Shown piece by piece: positions 27,501 through 38,759 of a DNA stretch of 64,000 nt (the stretch's first letter is position 1; each line of letters begins with the position of its first letter). Location: the NCBI GenBank assembly GCA_902797855.1, contig CADBUI010000001.1:10852-74851 (forward strand), written 5' to 3'. Source of the stretch: an uncultured Erysipelotrichaceae bacterium. GTDB lineage: Bacteria; Bacillota_I; Bacilli_A; RFN20; CAG-826. Under the pieces are notes generated by a model that made no database searches, had not been told where the DNA came from, and saw only the letters and a program-made list of their open reading frames with translations. A program made the translations under genes and the position numbers.

Positions 27501-28829
27501 ATGAACTCGATTGAAAAAGAATATTTATCAAAATTACTTAAATCTTATTCAAAAGATAAAGGCGCGACTATTGCTAGACACGCATTAAATGAAACTGATA
27601 TATATTCCGCTAGTTATTCAAAAGATTTAGTGAAAGAAATGGATTTTAATTTTTCACTAAATGTTAAGACATTACCTGTCACTAATCAAAAAGCTAGTGG
27701 AAGATGCTGGATCTTTGCTGCTACAAATGTCCTTAGAGAAGATATTGCAAAAAGATGCAACATTGCCAATTTTGAATTATCACAAAGCTATATCGCTTTT
27801 TATGACAAACTTGAAAAGATTAATCTCACATTAGAAATCCTTATTGAGCTTATTGATAAAGATTATGATGATAGAACTCTTCAATTCATCTTACAAAGTG
27901 GCATTGGTGATGGTGGACAATGGGATATGTTTGTTAACGTTGTTAAAAAATATGGTGTTTGCCCAAAAAATGTCTACCCAGAAACATTCACATCAAGCAA
28001 TACAAGATACATTAATTCACTTATTAACGCTGAACTTAGAAAATTCGCGAGTGAATCTCGTAAAGTGAAAAAAGAATCTGGTATGGAAGGAGTTAAGAAA
28101 CTTAAAGAATCCTACTTATCAAGATTTTATAAAGCATTAGTAAGTTGCTATGGTTTACCACCAGAAAAATTCGAATTTGAATATACAGACGCTAAAGGAA
28201 AATATCATTTAGAAAAAGGATTTACTCCAATTAAATTCTTTGAAAAATATGTTGGTGATTCTTTAGATAATTATGTTTCTATTATCAATGCTCCAACAAA
28301 AGATAAACCATTTGGTAAATCATACACAATTAAATATTTAGGTAACGTTGTTGGTGGAAAACCTGTTAAACACTTAAATCTTCCAATTGAAAGACTTAAA
28401 GAACTTGTTCTTTCTCAACTTAAAGATGATAGAATCGTTTGGTTTGGAAGCGATGTTGCTGCATATCGTAATGTCAACTTAGGTGCCTGGGATGATACAG
28501 CCTATGATTTTAAATCAATTTTAGATTTAGATTATAAGATGGATAAAGGTGATTCCCTTGATTTCCGTGCATCTTCAATGAATCACGCGATGTGCATCAC
28601 TGGAGTTAACCTTAAAAAAGGTGTTCCAACTAAATGGAAAATTGAAAACTCTTGGGGCGAAAGTGGAGCGAACAAAGGTTACTACTTAATGTCAGCCTCT
28701 TGGTTTGATCAATATACATATCAAGCAGTGGTTGATAAAAAATATCTAACCAAAGAAGAACTCGATGCTTATAATGCATCTCCAATTGAACTCAAACCTT
28801 GGGATCCAATGGGTTCATTAGCAGATTAA
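27501..28829 (+). CDS. pepC: Aminopeptidase C (bleomycin hydrolase-type C1 cysteine peptidase)
   Basis: Active-site region QKASGRCWIFAATN and NSWG near the C-terminus. The ATG at 27501 is preceded by GGAGG. Confidence 0.85.
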   Translation: MNSIEKEYLSKLLKSYSKDKGATIARHALNETDIYSASYSKDLVKEMDFNFSLNVKTLPVTNQKASGRCWIFAATNVLREDIAKRCNIANFELSQSYIAFYDKLEKINLTLEILIELIDKDYDDRTLQFILQSGIGDGGQWDMFVNVVKKYGVCPKNVYPETFTSSNTRYINSLINAELRKFASESRKVKKESGMEGVKKLKESYLSRFYKALVSCYGLPPEKFEFEYTDAKGKYHLEKGFTPIKFFEKYVGDSLDNYVSIINAPTKDKPFGKSYTIKYLGNVVGGKPVKHLNLPIERLKELVLSQLKDDRIVWFGSDVAAYRNVNLGAWDDTAYDFKSILDLDYKMDKGDSLDFRASSMNHAMCITGVNLKKGVPTKWKIENSWGESGANKGYYLMSASWFDQYTYQAVVDKKYLTKEELDAYNASPIELKPWDPMGSLAD

Positions 28830-28882
28830 ATAATTCATAAATACACCATTTATGGTATATTAGTTAACGTGAGGTAACAAAA

Positions 28883-29629
28883 ATGCACAAATTAGTATTA
28901 ATTAGACATGGCGAATCCGAATGGAATAAGCTCAATCTTTTCACAGGTTGGACCGATGTTGAACTTAGTGAAAAAGGTGTTGAAGAAGCACATCGTGCTG
29001 GTAAAACACTTAAGGCTGAAGGATATGACTTCGATGTAGTTCATACTTCCTTATTAAAAAGAGCTATTCATACAATGAATAATGTCTTATTCGAACTCGA
29101 CCGTGAATGGCTCCCTGTTTATAAATCATGGAGACTAAACGAACGCCATTATGGCGCACTTCAAGGCTTAAATAAAGCTGAAACCGCTGCAAAATATGGC
29201 GAAGAACAAGTTAAGATTTGGAGACGTTCATACGATTGTCCTCCTCCAGCACTTGATCCAAAAGACGAAAGAAACCCAGCTCTTCAAGCTCAATTTAGAG
29301 ATGTTGATCCTAAGGATCTTCCACTTCATGAATCACTTGAAATGACAGTTGCTCGTGCTGTTCCATATTTCGAAAAAGTAATTAAACCAGAAATGGAAGC
29401 AGGTAAGAGAGTTCTTATCGTTGCTCATGGTAATTCACTTCGTGCTCTTGTTAAATATTTCGACAATATGAAGGACGAAGAAATTGTTGGTGTCAATATT
29501 CCTACTGGTGTCCCACTAGTGTATGAATTTGATGACAACATGAAGGCTATCAAACATTATTATTTAATGGATGAAGCCGAACTCAAAAAGCAAATGGAAG
29601 CTGTCGCCAATCAAGGCAAAGCTAAATAA
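28883..29629 (+). CDS. gpmA: 2,3-bisphosphoglycerate-dependent phosphoglycerate mutase
   Basis: [20 protein letters not shown] and AHGNSLRAL motifs. Confidence 0.95.
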   Translation: MHKLVLIRHGESEWNKLNLFTGWTDVELSEKGVEEAHRAGKTLKAEGYDFDVVHTSLLKRAIHTMNNVLFELDREWLPVYKSWRLNERHYGALQGLNKAETAAKYGEEQVKIWRRSYDCPPPALDPKDERNPALQAQFRDVDPKDLPLHESLEMTVARAVPYFEKVIKPEMEAGKRVLIVAHGNSLRALVKYFDNMKDEEIVGVNIPTGVPLVYEFDDNMKAIKHYYLMDEAELKKQMEAVANQGKAK

Positions 29630-29645
29630 GCTTAAATTATATTTA

Positions 29646-29676
29646 AAAACTTGGTATCAATCGGTACCAAGTTTTA
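29646..29676. terminator. Bidirectional rho-independent terminator
   Basis: 8-bp stem ACTTGGTA / TACCAAGT with an A-run on the left and a T-run on the right. It overlaps the stop of the convergent ABC gene. Confidence 0.65.
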
Positions 29677-31614
29677 TTTTAGCTTTTGTTCTTTTTCGTA
29701 GACTTCAATTTGTTGAGAAACATTTAGTTCTCTAAATTGAGACATGTATAGATTAAAGTATTTACCTTTCTTCATCATGAGCTCCTTATGAGAACCATCT
29801 TCGACAATCACTCCATTTTCCATAAGTAAGATTCGATCACAATTCACTATTGTTGAAAGCCTATGTGCAATAATTATTGATGTTCTCCCTTTAAGTATTT
29901 TCTCCATTGCATTTTGAACAATACTTTCGCTTTCGGTATCGATTGAAGAAGTAGCCTCATCAAGAATTAGGATGCGAGGATTTTTAAGGATTGCTCTAGT
30001 GAAGGACACGAGTTGTTTTTGTCCAACGGATAGTTGATTGCCTCCATCTGCTAAATAGGTGTTATATCCATCTTTTTGAGAAGACACAAATTCATCTAAA
30101 CCAACAAGTTTAGAGGCATTAATAATTTCTTCATCTGTTGCTTCTCTATTACCAAAGGTAATATTATCTCTATACGAGCCAGAAAAGACAAATGGATTTT
30201 GTTGAATATAAGAGATTGAGTTTCTAAGCCAACCAACTGATCTATTTCGATATGGGACATCATCAATCAAAATATCTCCACTAGTAGGTTGATAGAATCT
30301 ACAAAGTAGGTTTACAGTCGTGGTTTTTCCACTTCCGGTTTCACCAACGATTGCAACGCTTGTGCCTTTCTTAATATGAAGATTTAAATTATGAATTACT
30401 TCAGTATCTTTTAGATATGAGAAAGAAACATTTTCAAATTTGATATCACCATCAATTGGTTCATAATTTTCAAGTTTTGGTTCTAATAAAGTTCCATATT
30501 TTTCTATAACATCTGGGCTATCTACTAGTTCTGGGACTTGGTTAATGAGTGAAACAATCTTCTCGGCACTAGCCTGGTTTGCGACAAATTCGTTATATAG
30601 TTCAGAGAAGTCTGCGAACTGCGAATAGATGTGTTCAACAGAGTTTGTAAATAAGATGAAAATGCCAGCGTCTACAACTAGTCCTGCAATGAAAGTTTGA
30701 CCACCATCTAAAACCGGATAACAAATTAGAATAAGACCCGCGACAGTAAAGTAAGAAATAAGGTTCACGAATGGTCCAAAGTAAGATTGAAGGATCATCG
30801 CACGCTTATATTTCTTTCTAATATCATCTACAACACTTTCCGCTTCATTATAAACACTATCTTCAATTGATAATGTCTTAATTGTCGCGACACCATTGAT
30901 ACATTCACTTAGCCATCTAACATAGTTAGAGTATGCGTTTCTAGCAATGCGGTGGAACTTAAGAAGGAAGTGCTGGAATATTGGTGTAGCAATAATAATG
31001 AGCGGGGTAGTCGCTAATATAATAATTGTTAATTGCCATGATTTAGTGAACATCGTTACAAGTAGGAACGCTATTTCAAATGATGTCCAGCAAATTCTTA
31101 ATACTCCCCAAGCAAGCATTTCGCTTACGGATGAAGTATCATTTTGCATTCTAGCCAGAATCCAACCGGTAGGAGTTTTATCAAAATAAGAGAATGATAA
31201 TTGTTGAACTTTTTCAAATGAACGGAGTCGAAGTTCATTCATGATTTCCATTGAGATGACATCTGCAATGAAGAATGTGAAGAAAATTGAAATGCATCTA
31301 CCTAGCATTAATGAAAGAAAGATGATTGCAAACATGGTGAAATTAACATCGAAAGCAATACCAAAAATCAAATCTACATGAATTATAAATTCATCTAATA
31401 GTCCATTTATTCCCGCTTGTGTTTCTAACGCTGTTACTAGGGCGTTGTTCATCAAAGGAGTAAATGAAGCATCAAAGAATGAAGTGAATGCCAAAGATAA
31501 AATGGCAACAATGAGAAGATACCAATGTTTCAAAGCATACTTAAAAATTTGTCTAAATGGTTTTGCATCTAGCCTTTTAAAATTTTCTTCTTTTTCTTCG
31601 GTGAAAACTGGCAT
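29674..31614 (-). CDS. ABC exporter permease/ATPase, consensus-site half
   Basis: Walker A GETGSGKTT, signature LSVGQKQ, Walker B ILILDEATS, switch IAHRLST. Confidence 0.9.
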   Translation of the reverse strand: MPVFTEEKEENFKRLDAKPFRQIFKYALKHWYLLIVAILSLAFTSFFDASFTPLMNNALVTALETQAGINGLLDEFIIHVDLIFGIAFDVNFTMFAIIFLSLMLGRCISIFFTFFIADVISMEIMNELRLRSFEKVQQLSFSYFDKTPTGWILARMQNDTSSVSEMLAWGVLRICWTSFEIAFLLVTMFTKSWQLTIIILATTPLIIIATPIFQHFLLKFHRIARNAYSNYVRWLSECINGVATIKTLSIEDSVYNEAESVVDDIRKKYKRAMILQSYFGPFVNLISYFTVAGLILICYPVLDGGQTFIAGLVVDAGIFILFTNSVEHIYSQFADFSELYNEFVANQASAEKIVSLINQVPELVDSPDVIEKYGTLLEPKLENYEPIDGDIKFENVSFSYLKDTEVIHNLNLHIKKGTSVAIVGETGSGKTTTVNLLCRFYQPTSGDILIDDVPYRNRSVGWLRNSISYIQQNPFVFSGSYRDNITFGNREATDEEIINASKLVGLDEFVSSQKDGYNTYLADGGNQLSVGQKQLVSFTRAILKNPRILILDEATSSIDTESESIVQNAMEKILKGRTSIIIAHRLSTIVNCDRILLMENGVIVEDGSHKELMMKKGKYFNLYMSQFRELNVSQQIEVYEKEQKLK

Positions 31615-31625
31615 ACTTCTCCTTT

Positions 31626-33440
31626 CTATTCAATCCTAGTTTGAATCTTATAAATCTTTTGGTAGAAGCCGTTCTTTTTAATTAATTCATCATGGCTTCC
31701 AATTTGATCGACTTTCCCGTCGTTTAAAACAATAATTAAATCAGCGTCTTTCGCGGTCATTACTCTATGAGTAACAATAAGAGTAGTTGATTTATGTTTT
31801 CTTTGTTTTAAAGCACTTCTAATTCTTATATCGGTTTCTACATCAACCGCACTTAAAGAATCGTCAAAAATCACAATTGGTGCATTGTTTAAAATTGTTC
31901 TCGCCATTGCAAGGCGTTGTCTTTGCCCGCCAGAAAGAGTAGTTCCTCTTTCACCAATGATGGTGTTGTATCCATCTTTAAAGGCAGCAACCGTATCATA
32001 AAAGTCAGCAGTCTTTAAAGCCTCATTAACGTCATCCATAGTGACATCTTTGTTAGCGATAGTCATATTCTCATAGATTGATCTAGAAAATAGGAATGGT
32101 TCTTGAAGTACCATCGCAACATTTTTGCGGATGTGTTTTCTTTGAATATTTTTTAATTCAACATTATCAATCAGAATTGATCCAGATGAATATTCATATA
32201 ATCTTGTTAATAGTGAAGAAAGTGTTGATTTTCCACTTCCAGTTTTACCCATGATTGCAACAGTTTGCCCAGGTCTAATTTTGAAACTAACTGAATCCAA
32301 TATTTCTTTTTCATCATCGTCATATTTAAATGAGACATTATCAAAGATAATTTCGCCTTCAATTTTTGGAGTAAGCCCACTATCAATATCTTCAAGTGGA
32401 TGGTCAAGAATTAGTTTCATTCTATCAACTGCAACCATGGCTTTTGAGAAGTCATTAATCGTACTGACCGCCTCTCTTATTGGCCAGACAACTGCAGCAG
32501 TGTATGTAATTGCGATAATTAAAGTTCCTAACGAAATATCTCCAACATAACATAGATAAGCACTCATTAATGCTGTCGCAATAATTTCACCAAACACCAA
32601 AATGTCTGTTGATGAGAAGAAGAAAGAGCCAACTCTTCTCCATTTGATATATTTCTTTTTGTAGTCTAATAAATCTTCTTTAAATTCTTTGATTTCGTTT
32701 CTTTCGTTGTTATATGCTTTAACAACTCTTATAGAATTAATGTTTTCTTCAATTTTTCCTATAACAACTGCTTCAGAATCATCTGTAAGACGATATAGTT
32801 TAGCTTCTTTTCGAATAAGGAAATATGAATATAACATTAGAGGTGGAATTAAGGCTATTGAAGTTAATGCAATCTTCCAATCTAGTGTTAGTAAAATTAC
32901 GAACGAAATAATTAGGGTTAAGAATGTTTGGCAAAGAGAAAAGAATTGTCTAACTAGGAACATTCTTAATGTAGATTCATCCCTCATGCATGTTTGAAGC
33001 AAATCGCCATTGTTGTGCGTTTTGATAAATGAATAAGGAAGGCGCTCAATATGGTAGAAAAGATCTAATCTTATACGCTTTGAAATGCCTGTGCCTATAC
33101 TTGAACGCATGATTCCTCTAAAAATAAAAAATCCAGCGGTGATTAAACCTATCACAACAGTTGAAATTGCAATTATCCATTTGTGATTAAACACCCATTC
33201 AGGGCCACCAAGTATGTTAAGTAATAAACTTCCAATTGGGCCTACTAAATTTGAGAAGAATATATCTGGTGTTGTTGGACTTTGCGAAAAACTATAACAA
33301 TCAACAATCAGCTTTGCGTTATATGATGCAACAGTTGAAAAGAATGCATAAAAAATAATCGAAATTAAAACAATAAGGTATCGGATTCGGTACCCTTTTG
33401 TAAGATTAAACATGAAGGACAAATATTTCTTCATCCTCAA
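31626..33440 (-). CDS. ABC exporter permease/ATPase, degenerate-site half
   Basis: Walker A GKTGSGKST, signature LSGGQRQR, Walker B IVIFDDSLS (Asp for Glu). Confidence 0.9.
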   Translation of the reverse strand: MRMKKYLSFMFNLTKGYRIRYLIVLISIIFYAFFSTVASYNAKLIVDCYSFSQSPTTPDIFFSNLVGPIGSLLLNILGGPEWVFNHKWIIAISTVVIGLITAGFFIFRGIMRSSIGTGISKRIRLDLFYHIERLPYSFIKTHNNGDLLQTCMRDESTLRMFLVRQFFSLCQTFLTLIISFVILLTLDWKIALTSIALIPPLMLYSYFLIRKEAKLYRLTDDSEAVVIGKIEENINSIRVVKAYNNERNEIKEFKEDLLDYKKKYIKWRRVGSFFFSSTDILVFGEIIATALMSAYLCYVGDISLGTLIIAITYTAAVVWPIREAVSTINDFSKAMVAVDRMKLILDHPLEDIDSGLTPKIEGEIIFDNVSFKYDDDEKEILDSVSFKIRPGQTVAIMGKTGSGKSTLSSLLTRLYEYSSGSILIDNVELKNIQRKHIRKNVAMVLQEPFLFSRSIYENMTIANKDVTMDDVNEALKTADFYDTVAAFKDGYNTIIGERGTTLSGGQRQRLAMARTILNNAPIVIFDDSLSAVDVETDIRIRSALKQRKHKSTTLIVTHRVMTAKDADLIIVLNDGKVDQIGSHDELIKKNGFYQKIYKIQTRIE

Positions 33441-33517
33441 AATGTTATCAAAGTAATTGTAAAGATAAAAGTAAATTACTTTTCTTTGTGTTATTATATT
33501 GTCGGTAGGTGAGCGTT

Positions 33518-33859
33518 ATGGACAAAAAACTATATGATAGGATTATGAAATTTAGAGATGACCGTGACTGGTCACAATTTCACACTGGTGAAAATCTTGC
33601 AAAATCAATTTGTATTGAAGCTGCTGAGCTTTTAGAAGTATATCAATGGGATCATAAAGAAAAATCTCTTGATAAAGTTAAAGAAGAATTAGCGGATGTC
33701 TTTTTATACGCAACCTTAATGGCGGATCACTATCATTTAAACATTGAAGAAATAATGCTTGAAAAACTTAAAAAGAATGAAGAAAAATATCCTGCTGACT
33801 TAGTTAAAGGAAGCGCTAAAAAATATAACGAATATAAAGAAAATTCGCGTAGGAAGTAA
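33518..33859 (+). CDS. MazG-like nucleotide pyrophosphohydrolase (small all-alpha NTP-PPase)
   Basis: DRDWSQFHTGENLAKSICIEAAELLE ... EELADVFLY carries the EExxE/D metal-binding helices. I prefer the ATG at 33518 over the GTG at 33509. Confidence 0.75.
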   Translation: MDKKLYDRIMKFRDDRDWSQFHTGENLAKSICIEAAELLEVYQWDHKEKSLDKVKEELADVFLYATLMADHYHLNIEEIMLEKLKKNEEKYPADLVKGSAKKYNEYKENSRRK

Positions 33860-33860
33860 G

Positions 33861-34442
33861 ATGGTTTACGTTAAAAAGCAAGAATTTGAAGTAGTAAAAT
33901 ATCTCGTAAAAGATGAGAAAATGACTGTTAAACTTGTCACTAGGAAAGACAAGCAATATGTCCTTAGAGAATTCACTAATTACGATGATTATTTTGAAGC
34001 ACTTTTTCGATACAAAACTTTAGTGAAGTCAGGAATTTATGTTCCGAAACTTTTAAAGAAAGATAAGAAGAGTTTCAAACTTCTTTTTGAATACATTATT
34101 GGACAAGATTGCGCTGAGGCTCTTTCTAAATATGAGATTAAAGAAGAATATTTTGCTGCCCTTTATCTTTTATATCGTTTTTGTAGGGTTAGTAAAATCG
34201 AATTAAATTATTTGCCTGAGAATTTTATCTATGATGGAAAAAGAATGTTTTATATCTCACTAGATCTATTCGAACAAAATTCAAAAATCAATCTAGAAAA
34301 TTATGGTATGGAATATTGGTTTACATCTGTTAAAGGTATTGAACATCTTGAAAAACTTGGTTATTCAGTTAATCACGAGAGACAGATTTCGGTTCCTGAG
34401 ATGAATAAGAAAATCGTTTTAATATCTATTAAACATTGGTAA
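33861..34442 (+). CDS. Hypothetical protein, possibly a minimal kinase-like fold
   Basis: 193 aa, starting 1 nt after the MazG-like stop. YVLREF, LFEYIIGQD and LNYLPENFIY...ISLDLF loosely resemble the strand-3, hinge and catalytic-loop regions of kinase-like folds. No secure family assignment. Confidence 0.5.
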   Translation: MVYVKKQEFEVVKYLVKDEKMTVKLVTRKDKQYVLREFTNYDDYFEALFRYKTLVKSGIYVPKLLKKDKKSFKLLFEYIIGQDCAEALSKYEIKEEYFAALYLLYRFCRVSKIELNYLPENFIYDGKRMFYISLDLFEQNSKINLENYGMEYWFTSVKGIEHLEKLGYSVNHERQISVPEMNKKIVLISIKHW

Positions 34443-34454
34443 AATATTTTCGCT

Positions 34455-35357
34455 ATGAAGGAAGATTCAATTGTATTTGCATTATCCGCTAATAAAAAAC
34501 TTGCTAAAAAAGTTAGCGAGATTCTTTCAATACCACTTGGAGAATGTGAAATTGAACGGTTTGCGGATAATGAACTTATGGTTCGTTGTTTGTCAAACGT
34601 TAAAGATAAAAAAGTCTATGTTATCCAATCTACTAGTTCACCTGCAACAGAAAGAATATTTGAAATTCTTGTTTTTGCCGATGCACTAAGAAATCGTGAA
34701 GCTTCTGAAATTATTTTGATTCTTCCTTACTATGGATATTCGCGTCAAGATAGAGTCGCTCGTGTTGGTGAACCTATCACCGCTAAGCTTGTTGCGGGTC
34801 TATATCAATCTGCTGGAGTCGACCGTGTAATAAGCATCGATTTACATACTTATCAGATACAAGGATTCTTCTCTTGCCCAGTTACAAATATTGAAACCAC
34901 TGGACTATTTGGTGATTATTTTAGAAAAAAATTCGCTGAAGATGGCGTTAATCACAAAGATTTAGTAGTGGTTACTCCTGATCATGGCTCATCACTTAGA
35001 GCAAGAGATTTAGGTAGTATGTTTGATAACTGTTCAATTGCCTTTATCGATAAAAGAAGACCAGCTCCAAATAAGAGTGAAGTCACTGCTGTTGTCGGTG
35101 ATGTAAGAGGTAAAGTTTGTTTAATTGTTGATGATATTTTTGATACTTGTGGAACTTTAAATAATGCTGTTCAAGCTTTATTCGATAAAGGTGCAAAAGA
35201 AATCTATGCTTGTGCGACACATGCTATTTTCTCAAGCACTAACTTTGATAAAAGAATAAAAGATATTGTTGTTACCGATACTGTTGAAAAAGAAGTTCCT
35301 GGAGTAAAAGTTTTATCAGTTGCTTCCTTAATTGCTGATGCGATTGTTCAAGGATAA
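34455..35357 (+). CDS. prs: Ribose-phosphate pyrophosphokinase
   Basis: RFADNELMV, YYGYSRQDR, IDLHTYQIQGFF and the PRPP-binding loop IVDDIFDTCGTL. Confidence 0.85.
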   Translation: MKEDSIVFALSANKKLAKKVSEILSIPLGECEIERFADNELMVRCLSNVKDKKVYVIQSTSSPATERIFEILVFADALRNREASEIILILPYYGYSRQDRVARVGEPITAKLVAGLYQSAGVDRVISIDLHTYQIQGFFSCPVTNIETTGLFGDYFRKKFAEDGVNHKDLVVVTPDHGSSLRARDLGSMFDNCSIAFIDKRRPAPNKSEVTAVVGDVRGKVCLIVDDIFDTCGTLNNAVQALFDKGAKEIYACATHAIFSSTNFDKRIKDIVVTDTVEKEVPGVKVLSVASLIADAIVQG

Positions 35358-35358
35358 T

Positions 35359-35874
35359 ATGTCTGAGAAACAATTAATTAGAACTATGGTAAGAAACGCT
35401 GTTGTTGCAGCGCTTTATTTTGCTCTTACGATCGCATTATCGCCTCTTTCTTATGGTGCAATTCAAGTAAGAATAGCGGAGTTGTTAATGCTTTTATGCT
35501 TTTTTAGGAAGGACTATATCTTTGGTTTAACTCTTGGTTGTTTACTCGCGAATGTCTTCTCAAGTTTAGGACCTTTCGATATGCTTTTTGGAACTCTTGC
35601 CACTTTTCTTGCATGTGGAACAATTTGTTTCTGTAGACAACTTGTCTTAGCAGCTTTCATGCCAGTGATCTTTAATGGCCTAATTGTTGGTGCTGAAATA
35701 TACTTCTTAACTGATGGGGCCACTTGGCAACATTTCTTTATATTTGCTGGTGAAGTTGCGCTTGGTGAATTAATAGCTCTTACTGTTGGATATATCATAT
35801 TTATGATATTTGGTAAGAAGGTTTATTTCCAAAACTTAATTGGAACATCACAAAATTTCAATTTTAAATTCTAA
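35359..35874 (+). CDS. queT: Queuosine-precursor transporter QueT (ECF S-component-like)
   Basis: Multi-pass membrane protein MSEKQLIRTMVRNAVVAALYFALTIALSPLSYGAIQVRIAE. Sits immediately upstream of tgt-queA-queH. The ATG at 35359 follows the prs stop by 1 nt. Confidence 0.7.
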   Translation: MSEKQLIRTMVRNAVVAALYFALTIALSPLSYGAIQVRIAELLMLLCFFRKDYIFGLTLGCLLANVFSSLGPFDMLFGTLATFLACGTICFCRQLVLAAFMPVIFNGLIVGAEIYFLTDGATWQHFFIFAGEVALGELIALTVGYIIFMIFGKKVYFQNLIGTSQNFNFKF

Positions 35875-35924
35875 TAAGTCCTACCGATTCAACACACGTG
35901 GGATTTTTAATTTATATCAATTGA

Positions 35925-37087
<1,163 letters not shown>

Positions 37088-37088
<1 letters not shown>

Positions 37089-38122
37089 TGATGGATATTT
37101 CCTTATTTGATTTTGATTTACCTGAGGAGTTGATTGCTCAATATCCTGCAAAAGTAAGAGACGAGTCTCGTCTTTTAGCGATTAATAAAGATGATAAAAC
37201 TTATGAAGATAAGGTCTTTCATGACATCATTAATTATTTAAGACCAGGTGATGTTTTAGTGAGAAATAATACTAAAGTATTACCTGCTAGACTTTTTGGA
37301 GTTAAAGAAGGTACAGGCGCTCATGTTGAAGTCCTTTTACTTCACCAAATTGAAGGTGATACATGGGAATGTTTAACTGGTAACGCTAAACCAATTAAGG
37401 TTGGCTCAGTAATATCTTTTGGAGAAGGCAGACTTAAAGCAGAATGCCTTGAAGTTAAAGATGAAGGTATCCGCATAATGAAATTCATCTATAAAGGTAT
37501 TTTCTTAGAGATTCTTAATGATGTTGGTAATATGCCTCTTCCTCCATATATTAAAAAACAATGCGAAGATAATTCTCGTTATCAAACTGTTTATGCAAAA
37601 GTTCTTGGTAGCGCAGCCGCTCCAACAGCGGGCTTCCATTTCACCCCTGAACTTTTAGAGAGAATTAAACAAAAAGGTATTACTATTTTAGATGTTACTT
37701 TACATATCGGTTTAGGAACATTTAAACCAGTTAAAGAACACGATGTTGATAACCATGTCATGCATAGTGAACATTTTAAGATGACTAAAGAAGTCGCAGA
37801 CGAACTAAATAAAGCTAAAAAAGAAGGTCGTCGCATTATTGCAGTTGGAACAACTGCAACTAGAACTCTTGAAGCTATTATGAATAAATATGGCGAATTT
37901 AAAGAGTGTGAAGAAGACACCGCCATATTTATTAAACCTGGTTACAAGTTTTTAGCGATTGATGCTTTAATTACAAATTTCCATCTTCCAAAATCAACTT
38001 TAATCATGCTTGTAAGTGCGCTTATGGGTCGTGAATTTACTTTGGAAGTCTATCAACATGCGATTAAAGAAAGATATCGCTTTTTCTCATTTGGAGACTC
38101 AATGTTTATTTATGGAAAATAA
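37088..38122 (+). CDS. queA: S-adenosylmethionine:tRNA ribosyltransferase-isomerase
   Basis: FDFDLPEELIAQYPA, RLLGVK-like and TNFHLPKSTL motifs. Confidence 0.95.
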
Positions 38123-38759
38123 GGTTGATTATTATTCGTTATCTAGAGAAATTCTTAAGGAAGTTGATTCTAAAAAAGAGAAACCAACTCTTCTTTTGCA
38201 CGCTTGTTGTGGACCTTGTTCAACCTTTCCATTAACAGATCTTTGCCCACACTTTAAAGTTACTATTTACTATAACAACTCCAATATTTTCCCTGAAAGC
38301 GAATATATTCGTCGTTTAGAAGAACTTAAAAAATTCTTAGAATATTTTGAAAGAGATTATCACTATCACGTTGATTTAATAGTACCTCCATATAATAACG
38401 AAGAATATAACAAAACCCTTGAACCATTTAAAGATCTTCCAGAAGGTTCAATTCGTTGTTTTACTTGTTATGAAAAAAGAATGGATGAAGCTTATAAATT
38501 CGCTGATGAAAACAAATACGACTATTTCACAACAGTCATGACTATTTCTCGTCAAAAGAATTCACAAGTTTTAAATGAAATTGGTGAGAAACTTTCTCAC
38601 AAATACAAAACTAAATATTTCTTTTCTGATTTTAAAAAGAAAAAAGGAATCGACTATGCGCGCGAGGTGCGTATTCATTATAATTTATATCAACAATTAT
38701 ATTGCGGGTGTAAGTACTCGTATGAAGCTAGGTTAGAACGGGATAAGAAAAATGCTTAA
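38112..38759 (+). CDS. queH: Epoxyqueuosine reductase QueH (DUF208)
   Basis: LLLHACCGPCS motif and C-terminal CGC. The ATG at 38112 overlaps the end of queA. The ORF-track start at 38016 would lie inside queA. Confidence 0.85.
   Translation: MENKVDYYSLSREILKEVDSKKEKPTLLLHACCGPCSTFPLTDLCPHFKVTIYYNNSNIFPESEYIRRLEELKKFLEYFERDYHYHVDLIVPPYNNEEYNKTLEPFKDLPEGSIRCFTCYEKRMDEAYKFADENKYDYFTTVMTISRQKNSQVLNEIGEKLSHKYKTKYFFSDFKKKKGIDYAREVRIHYNLYQQLYCGCKYSYEARLERDKKNA

Noticed and set aside
33450-33482. 9-bp inverted repeat AAAGTAATT...AATTACTTT in the divergent ABC/MazG-like intergenic region
   Set aside because: It is very AT-rich with a 15-nt loop, has no adjacent regulator gene, and is not repeated elsewhere in the window. 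It cannot be distinguished from chance in AT-rich promoter DNA.
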